Counted from the first letter of the stretch, positions 1 to 9,205 are shown. The stretch: DNA of 34,872 nucleotides from Candidatus Fervidifonticultor quintus (GCA_031459535.1 JAVKIJ010000029.1:1-34872), one strand, 5' to 3'. The notes: a model not told the origin generated them from the letters alone. Numbers and translations: made by a program.

Positions 1-375
1 CCTCGGTGAGGCCATGGCGGGATCCAGCATGCGGTCGAAGTTGTACTTGACCGCCTCGGCGCCAAACGGCGTGCCGTCATGGAACACGACGTTGGGCCGG
101 AGTTTGAGGGTGTAGGTCCGGCCGTTGTTGGTGATCGTCCACGATGTGGCCAGCATCGGGACGATTTCCAGGTTCTGATCGGTGTCCACCAGCTTGTCGA
201 ACAGGTTCTGGAAGACTTGACGGTCGACGGCGGCACTGGACTGGTGGGGATCCATGTTGGGCGGATCGGCGTTGAGGCCGACCCGCAGCACCCCGCCACG
301 CCGCGCGGTCTGCGCCGAGGCCAGGCCGCCGAGCAGCAGCACCACGACCACTACGCCAACCAGCATGCGCCTCAC
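1..375 (-). CDS. ABC transporter substrate-binding protein, family 5 (peptide/nickel), 5' part only; runs off the window
   Basis: Not in the ORF track. Manual minus-strand translation from GTG at 375 gives MRRMLVGVVVVVLLLGGLASAQTARRGGVLRVGLNADPPNMDPHQSSAAVDRQVFQNLFDKLV...LATSWTITNNGRTYTLKLRPNVVFHDGTPFGAEAVKYNFDR: signal peptide plus family-5 signature (LAxSW...YTxxLRxxVxFHDG). SD GGGAGG at 388-383. Confidence 0.9.
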   Translation of the reverse strand, partial: MRRMLVGVVVVVLLLGGLASAQTARRGGVLRVGLNADPPNMDPHQSSAAVDRQVFQNLFDKLVDTDQNLEIVPMLATSWTITNNGRTYTLKLRPNVVFHDGTPFGAEAVKYNFDRMLDPAMASPR

Positions 376-469
376 CTTACCACCTCCCGCAAGGTCGCCA
401 CATCGAGTCGCCCTGGGCGTCGTGCGCGCATGGGCGTGTGCTTCATGATTTCTCACACCAATCCTTCCG

Positions 470-1447
470 CTACGGCTCCACCGCCTGTCGGACCGCACGC
501 ACGTTCGCCTCGGGGGCGTCGATGGGGATGACACACCCGGCGGTCGCGATGAATTTGGTGCTCCCGGCCATCTGTGCCATGGCGTCCTTCACCTCGGCGA
601 CGATCTGCTCGGGAGTGCCCCTCCCGACCGTGTCCATGGCGTCCACGCCGCCGGCCAGCGTGCCCGAGAACTGCCCGCGCGCCTCCTTGAGCGTCGGCGG
701 CGTTCGACGGTCGTGCCAGTTGATGATGTTCACCGGATAATCGGTGAGTTGCTCGAACATGATGCGCTCACCGTGGATGTGGAGCAGGACGATCTCGGCG
801 TGCCGGGCGGCGTCGAGCACCCGCAGGTCGTAGGGTCGTGCGAACTCCTCGTACTCCTCGATGGTCATGTAGCCGGTCGAGGCACACTGCGTGGCGAAGA
901 ACAGGCCGTCGGCGCCTGCGGCCAGGCACTCTTCGGCGAACCTGGCCGTGGCCTCGGTGATGATGTCCAGCCCCTCGTGCATCTCGTCCACCGAGTCGCG
1001 CAGGTAGCGCAGCAGCGCGGTCTCGCCGGCCAGCGTCCGGGCGATCGACAGGGGGGAGAACACCGTGGCCAGGATGATCTCCGCGGGCAGCATCCTGCGC
1101 AGCAGCCGCAGCGCCTTCAGCTCGCGGCCGTGGGCGCCGGTGGTGACGTCGATCCGCCGCAGCTTGGGCCAGTCGGTCTCCTTCTTGATAGGCCGGTCGG
1201 TGTAGTGCCGGACTCCCTCGCGGTTGGGCCTGTAGGTGGACTTCAGGCCCCAATCATCGCCGTAGTAGCCGCTGGCCGATGTGACCTTCAGGAAGTCCCA
1301 GTCATACGCCCGGAAGAACGCCTCGTGGGCCTGCGCCAGCGTCTCGGCACGCTGGTCCTCCTGCGGGAAATGCCGCCACAGCGCCACCGGCGGCCGGTCC
1401 ACCGGCTTGCCGTCCAGCGCGGCGTACACCCGCTCTCGCTTCGTCAC
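470..1447 (-). CDS. Uroporphyrinogen decarboxylase-like (URO-D/MtaA-CmuA superfamily) protein
   Basis: N-terminal MTKRERVYAALDGKPVDRPPV, FSPLS, AGADGLF, LLHIHG and C-terminal TAGCVIP...EANVRAV match the URO-D-like TIM barrel. The HemE RQAGR motif is absent. Confidence 0.8.
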   Translation of the reverse strand: MTKRERVYAALDGKPVDRPPVALWRHFPQEDQRAETLAQAHEAFFRAYDWDFLKVTSASGYYGDDWGLKSTYRPNREGVRHYTDRPIKKETDWPKLRRIDVTTGAHGRELKALRLLRRMLPAEIILATVFSPLSIARTLAGETALLRYLRDSVDEMHEGLDIITEATARFAEECLAAGADGLFFATQCASTGYMTIEEYEEFARPYDLRVLDAARHAEIVLLHIHGERIMFEQLTDYPVNIINWHDRRTPPTLKEARGQFSGTLAGGVDAMDTVGRGTPEQIVAEVKDAMAQMAGSTKFIATAGCVIPIDAPEANVRAVRQAVEP

Positions 1448-1473
1448 CTATCACCGCTCCCTTCCCCAACGGA

Positions 1474-2466
1474 TCAGACGGCTGCGTGGGGCGCGCCCTG
1501 CCCCGCGATGATCGCCCGCAGCGCGTCCATGGTGATGTTCCCGCCACTGAGGATCAGTCCAACCTTACGATTCGCCAGGCGGTCCCGCAGGCGCAACGCG
1601 GCCGCCACCGGCGCAGCCCCCGCCAGTTCCGCCACCTGCCGGGTTGTCTCGAGGAGAATTCGAACGCCTTCCTCCATCTCCTCGTCTGTGACCAGGACCA
1701 TGTCGTCCAGCCCCGCCCACAGCATCGCCAGGGTCAGGGAGAAGGGCGCCCGGGTCGCCAGGCCCTCGGCCCTGGTCAGGATGGCCTCGGTGGTGACCAC
1801 CCTTCTCTCGCGCCACGAACGGGCCACGGACGGCGCGCCCTCAGCCCCGACGCCGATGACCCGCACGCGCGGGTTGACCGTCTTGGCCCCGATGATATGG
1901 CCGCAGGCGCCCGAGCCGCCACCCACGGGCACCAGAATCAGGTCCAGGTCGGGGACCTCCTCGATCAGCTCCAAGCTGCTGGTGCCCACGCCAGCGATGA
2001 GATAGGGCTCATTGCCGGAATGGATGTACCGGTAGCCTTCTTCGACGGCGGTCCGCTCGACCCACTCGCGGGCGTCGTCGAAGTCGCGGCCCACCTCCAC
2101 GATCTCGGCGCCGAAGTCCCGCATCGCCGCCAGCTTGGCCGGGTTGGCGCCCACCGGAACGGCGATGATGGCCCGCACACCAAAGAGCCGCGCGGCGTAC
2201 GCGATGGACTGGCCGTGGTTGCCCGTGGACGCCGAGATCACCCCGCGCCGGCGCTCGTCCGGTGACAGGCGCGAGATCAGGTTGATCCCGCCACGTACCT
2301 TGAAGGCGCGGGTTGGGTTAGTGTTCTCGCACTTGACGAAGGCCCGGCAGCCCAGGAGCCGGTCCAGCGCCGGCGACGTGATGACCGGGGTCGGCCGCAG
2401 GTACGGCGCGATCGCGCGCCGGGCGTCCAGCACATCGACGAACTCGGGCCAGCCGTTGGGATCCAT
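1474..2466 (-). CDS. PLP-dependent threonine/serine dehydratase family protein (no ACT domain)
   Basis: KCENTNPTRAFKVRGG (PLP lysine), ASTGNHGQS, PVGGGSG phosphate loop, ILSGGN. Confidence 0.9.
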   Translation of the reverse strand: MDPNGWPEFVDVLDARRAIAPYLRPTPVITSPALDRLLGCRAFVKCENTNPTRAFKVRGGINLISRLSPDERRRGVISASTGNHGQSIAYAARLFGVRAIIAVPVGANPAKLAAMRDFGAEIVEVGRDFDDAREWVERTAVEEGYRYIHSGNEPYLIAGVGTSSLELIEEVPDLDLILVPVGGGSGACGHIIGAKTVNPRVRVIGVGAEGAPSVARSWRERRVVTTEAILTRAEGLATRAPFSLTLAMLWAGLDDMVLVTDEEMEEGVRILLETTRQVAELAGAAPVAAALRLRDRLANRKVGLILSGGNITMDALRAIIAGQGAPHAAV

Positions 2467-2485
2467 GGTGCCAGCGCCCTCGGGT

Positions 2486-3070
2486 CTACCGGGCCTTCGT
2501 GGGAAAGTCCCGGACTAGGTAGAAGCGGCCCTCCAGGTAGTCGAGGATCGACAGCGCCAGCGGCGGCAGCGACTCCACCTGCTCGCGCTTGACCAAGGCC
2601 TTGAGGACGCCGCCGCGGAAGGCAAGTAAGATAACAGGATGGCTGACCACCAGCGTGGTCCGGCCGTAGTACCGGTCGGCGATGGCGCGGATGGCCGCGC
2701 CCAGGCGCTGCGCGCCGTCTGCCAGCGACTCGCCGTCGTCGGCAGGCCCCCCTCCGGTGAACAGCTGGTCCAGCCACGCGGCGTAGGCTGCGGCGTCCGT
2801 GAGCGGTGCCGCAGGCCGGATCTCGTCGAGCCCGTCCTGCCACACCACGGGCGCCGGCCGCCGGGCCAGCACGGCCTCGACGGTCTCCTGACTGGATCGC
2901 TGAGGGCTGGCAGCGATCACATCGAAGTGCGGGAGCGCAGCGACGGCCAGCTCGGCGTCGAGGGTACCCTCAGGCGAGAGCGGGGGATCGCCGTCCTGAG
3001 CGTTGGTCCAGTCCAGCGCCCCCCGACAGAGGAGCAGCAGGCGTGTCTGAATGGCACGGGCAGGCATCAT
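2486..3070 (-). CDS. Histidine phosphatase (PGM)-fold protein with degenerate catalytic motif
   Basis: Scaffold motifs DPPLSPEG, ASP, GLDE, DGES, TLVVSH are present, but the N-terminal RHG reads CRG. ATGA overlap with the upstream GNAT stop. Confidence 0.75.
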   Translation of the reverse strand: MMPARAIQTRLLLLCRGALDWTNAQDGDPPLSPEGTLDAELAVAALPHFDVIAASPQRSSQETVEAVLARRPAPVVWQDGLDEIRPAAPLTDAAAYAAWLDQLFTGGGPADDGESLADGAQRLGAAIRAIADRYYGRTTLVVSHPVILLAFRGGVLKALVKREQVESLPPLALSILDYLEGRFYLVRDFPTKAR

Positions 3071-3546
3071 GGCCCGCCCTCCAACTCACGCTTCATATGG
3101 TGCATGTACGTGACGAACCCCAGGCGCTCCCAGAATGCCACGGCGTCGGCGTTCCGGACGGCCACAGTGAGCTCCACGGTGGTGATGCCGGCGTGACGCA
3201 TCCATTGCAGCAAGGAATCGACCAGTCGCCGCCCGATGCCGCGCCGCCGGTACGCTGGCCTCGTCACCACATCATGGATGTACCCGCGCCGCCGGCGCTG
3301 GAAGAACGCGGGCAGGACCGAGATCCGCCCCACGCCATACCCCACGAGCCTTCCATCTTCAATGGCCACCACGGCCAGGGCGTCGTCGCGGCCGATGAGG
3401 CTGCGGATGAAGAAGCGGTACTCCTCCCGCCACCGCTCCGATGGCGCGAACGTCGCGTCGAGTTCCGCATGGTAGACGGCGAGCTCACCCCAGATCGCCA
3501 CGATCTCGGGAATATCATCGGCCGTGGCGGTCCGGATCAGCATCAT
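3067..3546 (-). CDS. GNAT family N-acetyltransferase
   Basis: MMLIRTATADD start; IHDVVTRPAYRRRGIGRRL acetyl-CoA motif A; NADAVAFWERLGF motif B. Start trimmed from the ORF-track 3759. Confidence 0.85.
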   Translation of the reverse strand: MMLIRTATADDIPEIVAIWGELAVYHAELDATFAPSERWREEYRFFIRSLIGRDDALAVVAIEDGRLVGYGVGRISVLPAFFQRRRRGYIHDVVTRPAYRRRGIGRRLVDSLLQWMRHAGITTVELTVAVRNADAVAFWERLGFVTYMHHMKRELEGGP

Positions 3547-3701
3547 GGATGAGGGTTCGGCTGGCCCCTGGCGACTCCTCCGAGCTCCCGCCGGCAGGGT
3601 TTCGTCCCCGGGCGCGGTAAACCCGTGGCGATCCCGTCCGAGTCCATAGAATGAAGGGCAAGAGTGTTCCAGGCGGACTCCATGCTGGAGCGTGAGGCGA
3701 A

Positions 3702-5168
3702 ATGCAGCAGCCGATAGCCAGGTACCTGCCATCGCCGTCTGATCCCTGGGACAGGGCAAAGGCGGCCCACCTGCTCAACCGCGCCGGGTTCGGCGGCCGG
3801 CCGGAGGAGGTGGATCGCGTGGTCCGGATGGGCATGGAGGCCGCGGTGGACGAGTTGATGGACTTCGAGCGAGTCCCCGAGAGCTTCCCGCCGCCGGACT
3901 TCTCGAACCTGCGCGGCCTCTGGGATTCATTGGCCAGCCTCGTCCGGGCCGGCGCTCCCGAGCGTCAGCGGTTCGAGGCGCGAGCCCTCGCCCAGCGGGC
4001 GGACAACGAGAAGCTGCAACAGTTGCGGGAGTGGTGGGTGGCCCGGATGATCCAGACCCGCCGGCCGCTCCAGGAGAAGATGGTGCTCTTCTGGCACGGT
4101 CTGCTGGTCTCGGGCCGGCCCGATGCGCGTCTGACCGAGAACCTCTACAGGCAGAACGAGCTGTTCCGCCGCCACGCGCTCGGCAACTTCAGGGAGCTCA
4201 TCCTGGCCATCTGCCGCGATCCGGCCATGCTCGAGTATCTGGACAATGAGAGCAATCGGAAGGGCCGGCCCAACGAGAACTTCGCCCGCGAGCTGATGGA
4301 ACTGTTCACCATGGGCGTGGGCCACTACACCGAGCAGGATGTCAGGGAGGCCGCGCGCGCGTTCACGGGGTGGACGCGGCGGGGCTTCGAGTTCTTCTTC
4401 GACGCCCGGGCGCACGACGACGGCCCCAAGACATTGCTGGGCCGGACCGGCAACCTGGACGGCGGCGATGTGGTCGAGATCATCTTCGCCCAGCCGGCGA
4501 CGGCACGCTACCTGCCCAGGCGGCTGTTCGAGTACCTGGCCTACCCGCGACCCGAGGACGATCTGGTGGAGGGCCTGGCCGCCATCTTCCGCGACAGTCG
4601 CTTCGAGGTGGCCCCGCTGCTGCGGGCGATCCTCACGTCCAGGGCGTTCTACTCGCCGAGGGCGATGCGCACCCAGGTCAAGAGCCCGGCACAGCTCGTG
4701 GTGGGCACCGCCCGGCTGCTCGGCCTGGAGGGTGTCACGCCAGCGCAACTCTGCCGGGCCATGGATCTGATGGGACAGGCGCTGTTCTACCCGCCCAACG
4801 TGGGCGGGTGGCCCGGCGGCGAGTCCTGGATTACCACGGCGACGATGCTGATCCGGTACAATTTCAGCAGCCTGGTGCTGACCGGCGGCATGCCGGGCGT
4901 CGCCCGGCGCCCTGCGGTGAGGCCGCCGCTGCCGCCGGAGGTGCTGAGGGCCGCCACCGGCGTGGCCACGGCAGGTGAGGTCATCGATCGGCTGGCCACG
5001 CTGCTGAACGTCGCGGCCGCCGACGGGCAGCGCCAGACCGCCTACCTTCGGGCCCTGGGCGCCGCGAGCCCGCAGGCATCCTTCACGCTGGCCAGCGCCG
5101 AGTCCGAAGCGAAGCTGCGCAGTGCGCTGCACCTCATGATGTGCAGTCCCGACTTTCAGGTGGCGTAG
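3702..5168 (+). CDS. DUF1800 domain-containing protein
   Basis: AAHLLNRAGFG, LQEKMVLFWHG, DPAMLEYLDN, PNENFARELMELFTMG, YTEQDVREAARAFTGW, PPNVGGW, C-terminal SPDFQ. Confidence 0.9.
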   Translation: MQQPIARYLPSPSDPWDRAKAAHLLNRAGFGGRPEEVDRVVRMGMEAAVDELMDFERVPESFPPPDFSNLRGLWDSLASLVRAGAPERQRFEARALAQRADNEKLQQLREWWVARMIQTRRPLQEKMVLFWHGLLVSGRPDARLTENLYRQNELFRRHALGNFRELILAICRDPAMLEYLDNESNRKGRPNENFARELMELFTMGVGHYTEQDVREAARAFTGWTRRGFEFFFDARAHDDGPKTLLGRTGNLDGGDVVEIIFAQPATARYLPRRLFEYLAYPRPEDDLVEGLAAIFRDSRFEVAPLLRAILTSRAFYSPRAMRTQVKSPAQLVVGTARLLGLEGVTPAQLCRAMDLMGQALFYPPNVGGWPGGESWITTATMLIRYNFSSLVLTGGMPGVARRPAVRPPLPPEVLRAATGVATAGEVIDRLATLLNVAAADGQRQTAYLRALGAASPQASFTLASAESEAKLRSALHLMMCSPDFQVA

Positions 5169-5178
5169 GAGGCCGACC

Positions 5179-6444
5179 ATGCATCAAGGCATGACCCGAC
5201 GCGAGTTCCTCCAGAAAGGCCTGACGATTGTGGCCATGGGCGCCACCGCGCCGAGCTTCCTGACGCGGACGGCGCTGGCAGTGGGCAATCCCTTCGACAT
5301 CGCCCAGGTGAGCAGCCGGCCCGGCGTCCCGGACGACAACATCCTGGTTGTGGTGCAGATGGGCGGTGGAAACGACGGATTGAACACCGTCGTGCCCTTC
5401 GCAGACGACGCCTACTACCGCGCACGGCCCCGTCTGGCCGTGCCGCGCGACAAGGTGATCCGGATCACCGGCGAGCTGGGCCTGCACCCCAGGCTGGCCA
5501 AACTCGGCGAGCTGCTCGACCGGGGCGCGGTGGCCATCATCCAGGGGGTGGGCTACCCCAACCCCAACCGGTCGCACTTCAGGTCCATGGAGATCTGGCA
5601 CACCGCCGATCCCGAGGGCCGTGCCCTGCGCGTGGGCTGGATCGGCCGGTACTTCGACAGCAAGTGCCCCGTCTGCGCGCAGCCCACCGTCGGCGTCAAC
5701 ATCGGCGCGACCATGCCGCTGGCCATGCGGTCCGCGGCGGGTCAGGGCGTCACCCTCGAGGACCCCGACGCGTTCCAGTGGATGCCCACCCTCGACGGCA
5801 TCGGCGCGCGGGAGGAGATGGAGATCTTCAGGATGCTCCACGCGCCGGCGCCGAACGAGCCGGGCACCGTGGACTTCCTGCGGCACACGGCGATGAATGC
5901 GGTGCTCGCCTCCGAACGCGTGCGTGACGCCATGCGGAAGTACAAGGGGAGCATCGACTATCCCAACAACCGGTTCGCCTCCAGCCTGCGGCTCATCGCG
6001 CAGATGATCGCCGGGGGGCTGCCCACCAAGGTCTACTACGCCAACATGACCGGGTTCGACACCCATGCGTCACAGCAGGGGGCCCACGACGTCCTGCTGG
6101 AGCAGTTTGCCACAGGCTTGGCGGCGTTCTTCCGCGATCTCGACGCGCAGGGGAACACCGATCGCGTGCTGGTGATGGCGTTCTCGGAGTTCGGCCGGCG
6201 CGTGGCCGAGAATGGCAGCGCGGGTACCGACCACGGGACCGCGGCGCCCATGTTCTTCTTCGGCAAGCGGATCAAGCCAGGGCTCCACGGTCGCCACCCG
6301 AGCCTCATCGATCTGCAGGACGGCGACCTCAAGCACCACGTGGACTTCAGGGCGGTCTACGCCACGGTGCTCGAGGGATGGCTGGGCGCCGATGCGGCCG
6401 GGATCCTGGGCGCCGACTTCGGGCGGGTACCCTTCCTCTCGTGA
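5179..6444 (+). CDS. DUF1501 domain-containing protein with twin-arginine (Tat) signal
   Basis: TRREFL Tat motif; GGNDGLNTVVP, NRSHFRS, GFDTH, SEFGRR, GTDHG, DFRAVYATVL. SD AGGAGG upstream. Confidence 0.9.
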   Translation: MHQGMTRREFLQKGLTIVAMGATAPSFLTRTALAVGNPFDIAQVSSRPGVPDDNILVVVQMGGGNDGLNTVVPFADDAYYRARPRLAVPRDKVIRITGELGLHPRLAKLGELLDRGAVAIIQGVGYPNPNRSHFRSMEIWHTADPEGRALRVGWIGRYFDSKCPVCAQPTVGVNIGATMPLAMRSAAGQGVTLEDPDAFQWMPTLDGIGAREEMEIFRMLHAPAPNEPGTVDFLRHTAMNAVLASERVRDAMRKYKGSIDYPNNRFASSLRLIAQMIAGGLPTKVYYANMTGFDTHASQQGAHDVLLEQFATGLAAFFRDLDAQGNTDRVLVMAFSEFGRRVAENGSAGTDHGTAAPMFFFGKRIKPGLHGRHPSLIDLQDGDLKHHVDFRAVYATVLEGWLGADAAGILGADFGRVPFLS

Positions 6445-7265
6445 AGCTGTCGGATGTTGCCGGGTTCGCCCTCGACGTGGCCCGCGAGGCCTCCGACCTC
6501 GTCATGCGCATCCTGCCCGAGCCATGGGACGTCAAGCGGGCGCGGCTCAAGGGCCCGGGCGATCTGGTGACGCGCGCGGATTGCGAGGCGGAACGGCTGA
6601 TCACCTCGCGCATCCGCCGGCGGTTCGCAGACCACGGCATCGTCGGCGAAGAGGGCACCGAGGTGCCCGGTCGTCTCCGAGCGAGCGGGGGACCCCGATG
6701 GCTCGTGGACCCGGTGGACGGCACGTCGAACTTCGCGCACGGGCTGCCGTGGTTTGCCATCTCGATTGCTTTCGAAGACCGTGGGGACCTGCAGTGCGGC
6801 GTGGTGGCCGTGCCGCCGCTGGCCGAGTACTTCGTTGCCGAGCGCGGCAACGGGGCTCACCTGCTCGGCGCCGGCGGGCAGCAGCGGCTCGCCGTCTCGC
6901 GCACCGACCATCTGACCGAGGCCATGGTCGCCTCGGGTCTGCCCGGTCTCGCGGATCGGGACCGCCAGGTCGCAACGTTCGCCCCGATGATGAGGCGGAC
7001 CCTCAAAGTCCGCCTCATGGGCGCCGCGGCCATCCACCTGGCCTACGTGGCCGCTGGCCGTCTCGACGGGTTCTGGGAGGCCTCGCTCAAGCCGTGGGAC
7101 ATCGCGGCAGGCGTGCTCCTGGTCGAAGAGGCGGGTGGCAGGGTGACCGACTGGGCCGGTCACCCGCTGCAGTTCCGGGGCGACGACGTCCTGGCCACCA
7201 ACGGGGCCGTCCACGCCGCGATGGCCGAGGTCCTGGCTAGCGATTCTGAGGGGTTTTCTCGCTAA
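6441..7265 (+). CDS. Inositol monophosphatase family protein (SuhB-like)
   Basis: DLVT, GEE, WLVDPVDGTSNF, WDIAAG motifs. GTG start overlaps the DUF1501 TGA stop (GTGA). Confidence 0.88.
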   Translation: MKLSDVAGFALDVAREASDLVMRILPEPWDVKRARLKGPGDLVTRADCEAERLITSRIRRRFADHGIVGEEGTEVPGRLRASGGPRWLVDPVDGTSNFAHGLPWFAISIAFEDRGDLQCGVVAVPPLAEYFVAERGNGAHLLGAGGQQRLAVSRTDHLTEAMVASGLPGLADRDRQVATFAPMMRRTLKVRLMGAAAIHLAYVAAGRLDGFWEASLKPWDIAAGVLLVEEAGGRVTDWAGHPLQFRGDDVLATNGAVHAAMAEVLASDSEGFSR

Positions 7266-8442
7266 CCGCGACGGGCCGCGGTGCGAGCATCGTGCGGCCA
7301 GCCAGGACGAGCTGCCAGAGGCCCACCAGCGACAGGACCCCATAGAGCACGCCGTACGTGGCCGTACGCAGAGGGTCTGGTTCGACGAGTATCCCGGCGA
7401 ATGCTCCCCGATCCTCCAGCGCGACCAGCGACGCGTGTATGGCGGCGGCCACGGGGAGCGAAACAAGCAGCACGGCCCACAGCCGGCCCGGCGCGCCCGG
7501 GGGGACCACCACCCATGAGGGCGCCATGACATCGAGGTCAATCCCGCCAAGCGAGCGGCGCAGGTTCAGGAGGCGTCGCAGCCGGAACAAGGCGGTCAGC
7601 GCCAGGCCGCCCGCGACGAGCGGGTACAACCGTAGCCATCCCTCCAGACCCGTTGGGAACCATGAGAGGCGCGCGTCGAGCGCGGTCATGCGTTCCTGCA
7701 GTTCGCGCCGGCGCTCTCCGAGCAGCGCCACCCGTCTCCGGGCCGCTCCCTCGCGGCCTTTGGCAGCACTGATTGCCGCAGCCAGGCGTGCCTCGGCCAC
7801 GCGCAAGGCCCCCCAGATGCCCTGCGCCCACTCTTCGCCGCGCGGTGAGGCCGCCGCAAACGTGGCGTCGGACCGCGCCAGGCGCACCCAGAACGCGGCA
7901 TCGGCGGCGAGCGCCTCGAGCAGGATCTGGTTCAAAGCGAGAACCCTGCGGCCCACCTCAGCCTCCACCAACTGCGCAGCTTCCGCCACCTCGGGCGAAG
8001 GGTTCCGGACCGCCCGCAGCGGCTCGAGAACCGCATCCACGGCACCGCTCAGCGCGTCGGTCTGTTGACCGATCTGCCGGCGGATGGCGTCATCTATGGC
8101 GTCGCGCTTGTCGGCGGCGTTGCGTTCGCCGGGAGCGAGCGCGGCGATGGCGCGGTAGAGTTCGGCGGGCGCCGCCTCGACCGCGGCCCGCAGCCGCTCC
8201 AGGGCTTCCCTCGCCGACTGGGCAGCGCGTCCCGACTCGGCGGCGTCAGTCGCCGCAGCCGTGCCCGCGACCATCGCCGCGTCCAGGGCCGGAGCTGTCC
8301 ACCGCAGCTCGATGTAGGGCAGCAATACGAAGAGGTGGACGGCTGCGGTGAGGATCAGCACGGTGCCGAAGAACACGTGGAAGGCTCTCACCTCTGCGGC
8401 GTAGGCGCTGATGCTCCGGGCACGATCGGAGATGTCGGGCAC
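7237..8442 (-). CDS. Hypothetical membrane protein (1 N-terminal TM, long Ala-rich helical/coiled-coil region, about 3 C-terminal TMs)
   Basis: GTG at 8442 preceded by GGAGGG. Hydrophobic stretches FFGTVLILTAAVHLFVLL, LYPLVAGGLALTALF, LWAVLLVSLPVAAAI, YGVLYGVLSLVGLW. Fills the gap between IMPase and tetR. Confidence 0.7.
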   Translation of the reverse strand: MPDISDRARSISAYAAEVRAFHVFFGTVLILTAAVHLFVLLPYIELRWTAPALDAAMVAGTAAATDAAESGRAAQSAREALERLRAAVEAAPAELYRAIAALAPGERNAADKRDAIDDAIRRQIGQQTDALSGAVDAVLEPLRAVRNPSPEVAEAAQLVEAEVGRRVLALNQILLEALAADAAFWVRLARSDATFAAASPRGEEWAQGIWGALRVAEARLAAAISAAKGREGAARRRVALLGERRRELQERMTALDARLSWFPTGLEGWLRLYPLVAGGLALTALFRLRRLLNLRRSLGGIDLDVMAPSWVVVPPGAPGRLWAVLLVSLPVAAAIHASLVALEDRGAFAGILVEPDPLRTATYGVLYGVLSLVGLWQLVLAGRTMLAPRPVAVSEKTPQNR

Positions 8443-8541
8443 GGCGTCCCTCCGGAGTCGCGAGGATCCCCGGCGTACTTGTTGGACGCGAAAGGCAGGG
8501 AGGCCTTCCCCTTTGTCCCGAGGCACCGATAGACGACAGTG

Positions 8542-8571
8542 TTGACACGAACCCCCAGATGCTCCTAACGT
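8542..8571 (+). promoter_or_regulatory. Sigma-70-type promoter of the tetR-men operon
   Basis: Perfect TTGACA at 8542-8547, 18-nt spacer, TAACGT at 8566-8571. Confidence 0.65.
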
Positions 8572-8577
8572 AAGTCC

Positions 8578-8595
8578 AGACCGACGCGTCGGTCT
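8578..8595. promoter_or_regulatory. Putative TetR operator (perfect 18-bp palindrome AGACCGACGCGTCGGTCT)
   Basis: Exact self-complementary sequence starting 6 nt after the -10, over the predicted +1 and abutting the SD (AAGAGG 8596-8601) of a TetR gene. Confidence 0.75.
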
Positions 8596-8605
8596 AAGAG
8601 GTGGC

Positions 8606-9205
8606 TTGTTGAGACGACGGGTTGCGCTCGAGTCGCCGACCAGGGAGCGGTTGCTCCAGGCCGCCATGGACGTGTTCGCGCAGAAGGGCTATCACGGGGC
8701 GATTGTGGACGACATCGTCGCGGCATCGGAGACGTCGAAAGGCGCATTCTACCATTACTTCGCGAGCAAGCAGGCCATTTTCCTGAGCCTGCTCGACCGT
8801 CTCGTGGCGCTGGTGGAGACCGGTGTGGAGACCGCGATTGCCGCCGAGGAGGGCGCGCTCGCCAAGGTGGAGGCGGCACTGCGCGTGGTCCTGGAGGTCG
8901 CCTCCGGGCACCGTGACCTGGCGCGCATCCTCCTTATCGAAGCGGCGGCGCTGGGGCCCGAGTTCGAGCAGAGCCGCCTGGGGATCCACCGTCGGTTTGC
9001 CGCACTGATCCGCCGGCATCTGGACCGCGCGGTCGCCGACGGCGCGATCCCGCCTCAAGATACGGACGCCGCCGCCGCGGCCTGGATCGGCGCGATCAAC
9101 GAAGTCGTCACCCAACGGCTCGCCGCCGGTGGTGACCTGATGGCGGTGCTGCCCCCGCTTCGATCGCTGCTGCTGCGCAGCATCGGCGCGAGAGTGAGCC
9201 CATGA
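8606..9205 (+). CDS. TetR/AcrR family transcriptional regulator
   Basis: TRERLLQAAMDVFAQKGYHGAIVDDIVAASETSKGAFYHYFASKQAIF helix-turn-helix. TTG start at 8606 or 8609. Confidence 0.92.
   Translation: MLRRRVALESPTRERLLQAAMDVFAQKGYHGAIVDDIVAASETSKGAFYHYFASKQAIFLSLLDRLVALVETGVETAIAAEEGALAKVEAALRVVLEVASGHRDLARILLIEAAALGPEFEQSRLGIHRRFAALIRRHLDRAVADGAIPPQDTDAAAAAWIGAINEVVTQRLAAGGDLMAVLPPLRSLLLRSIGARVSP

Noticed and set aside
470-1447. Calling the URO-D-like gene hemE
   Set aside because: It lacks the RQAGR substrate-binding motif, and there are no heme genes nearby.
3597-3645. GGGTTT...AAACCC inverted repeat, or an ECF-sigma-like AAAC...AGTC, upstream of DUF1800
   Set aside because: The arms are short and the spacing does not clearly match a known consensus; not distinguishable from chance.
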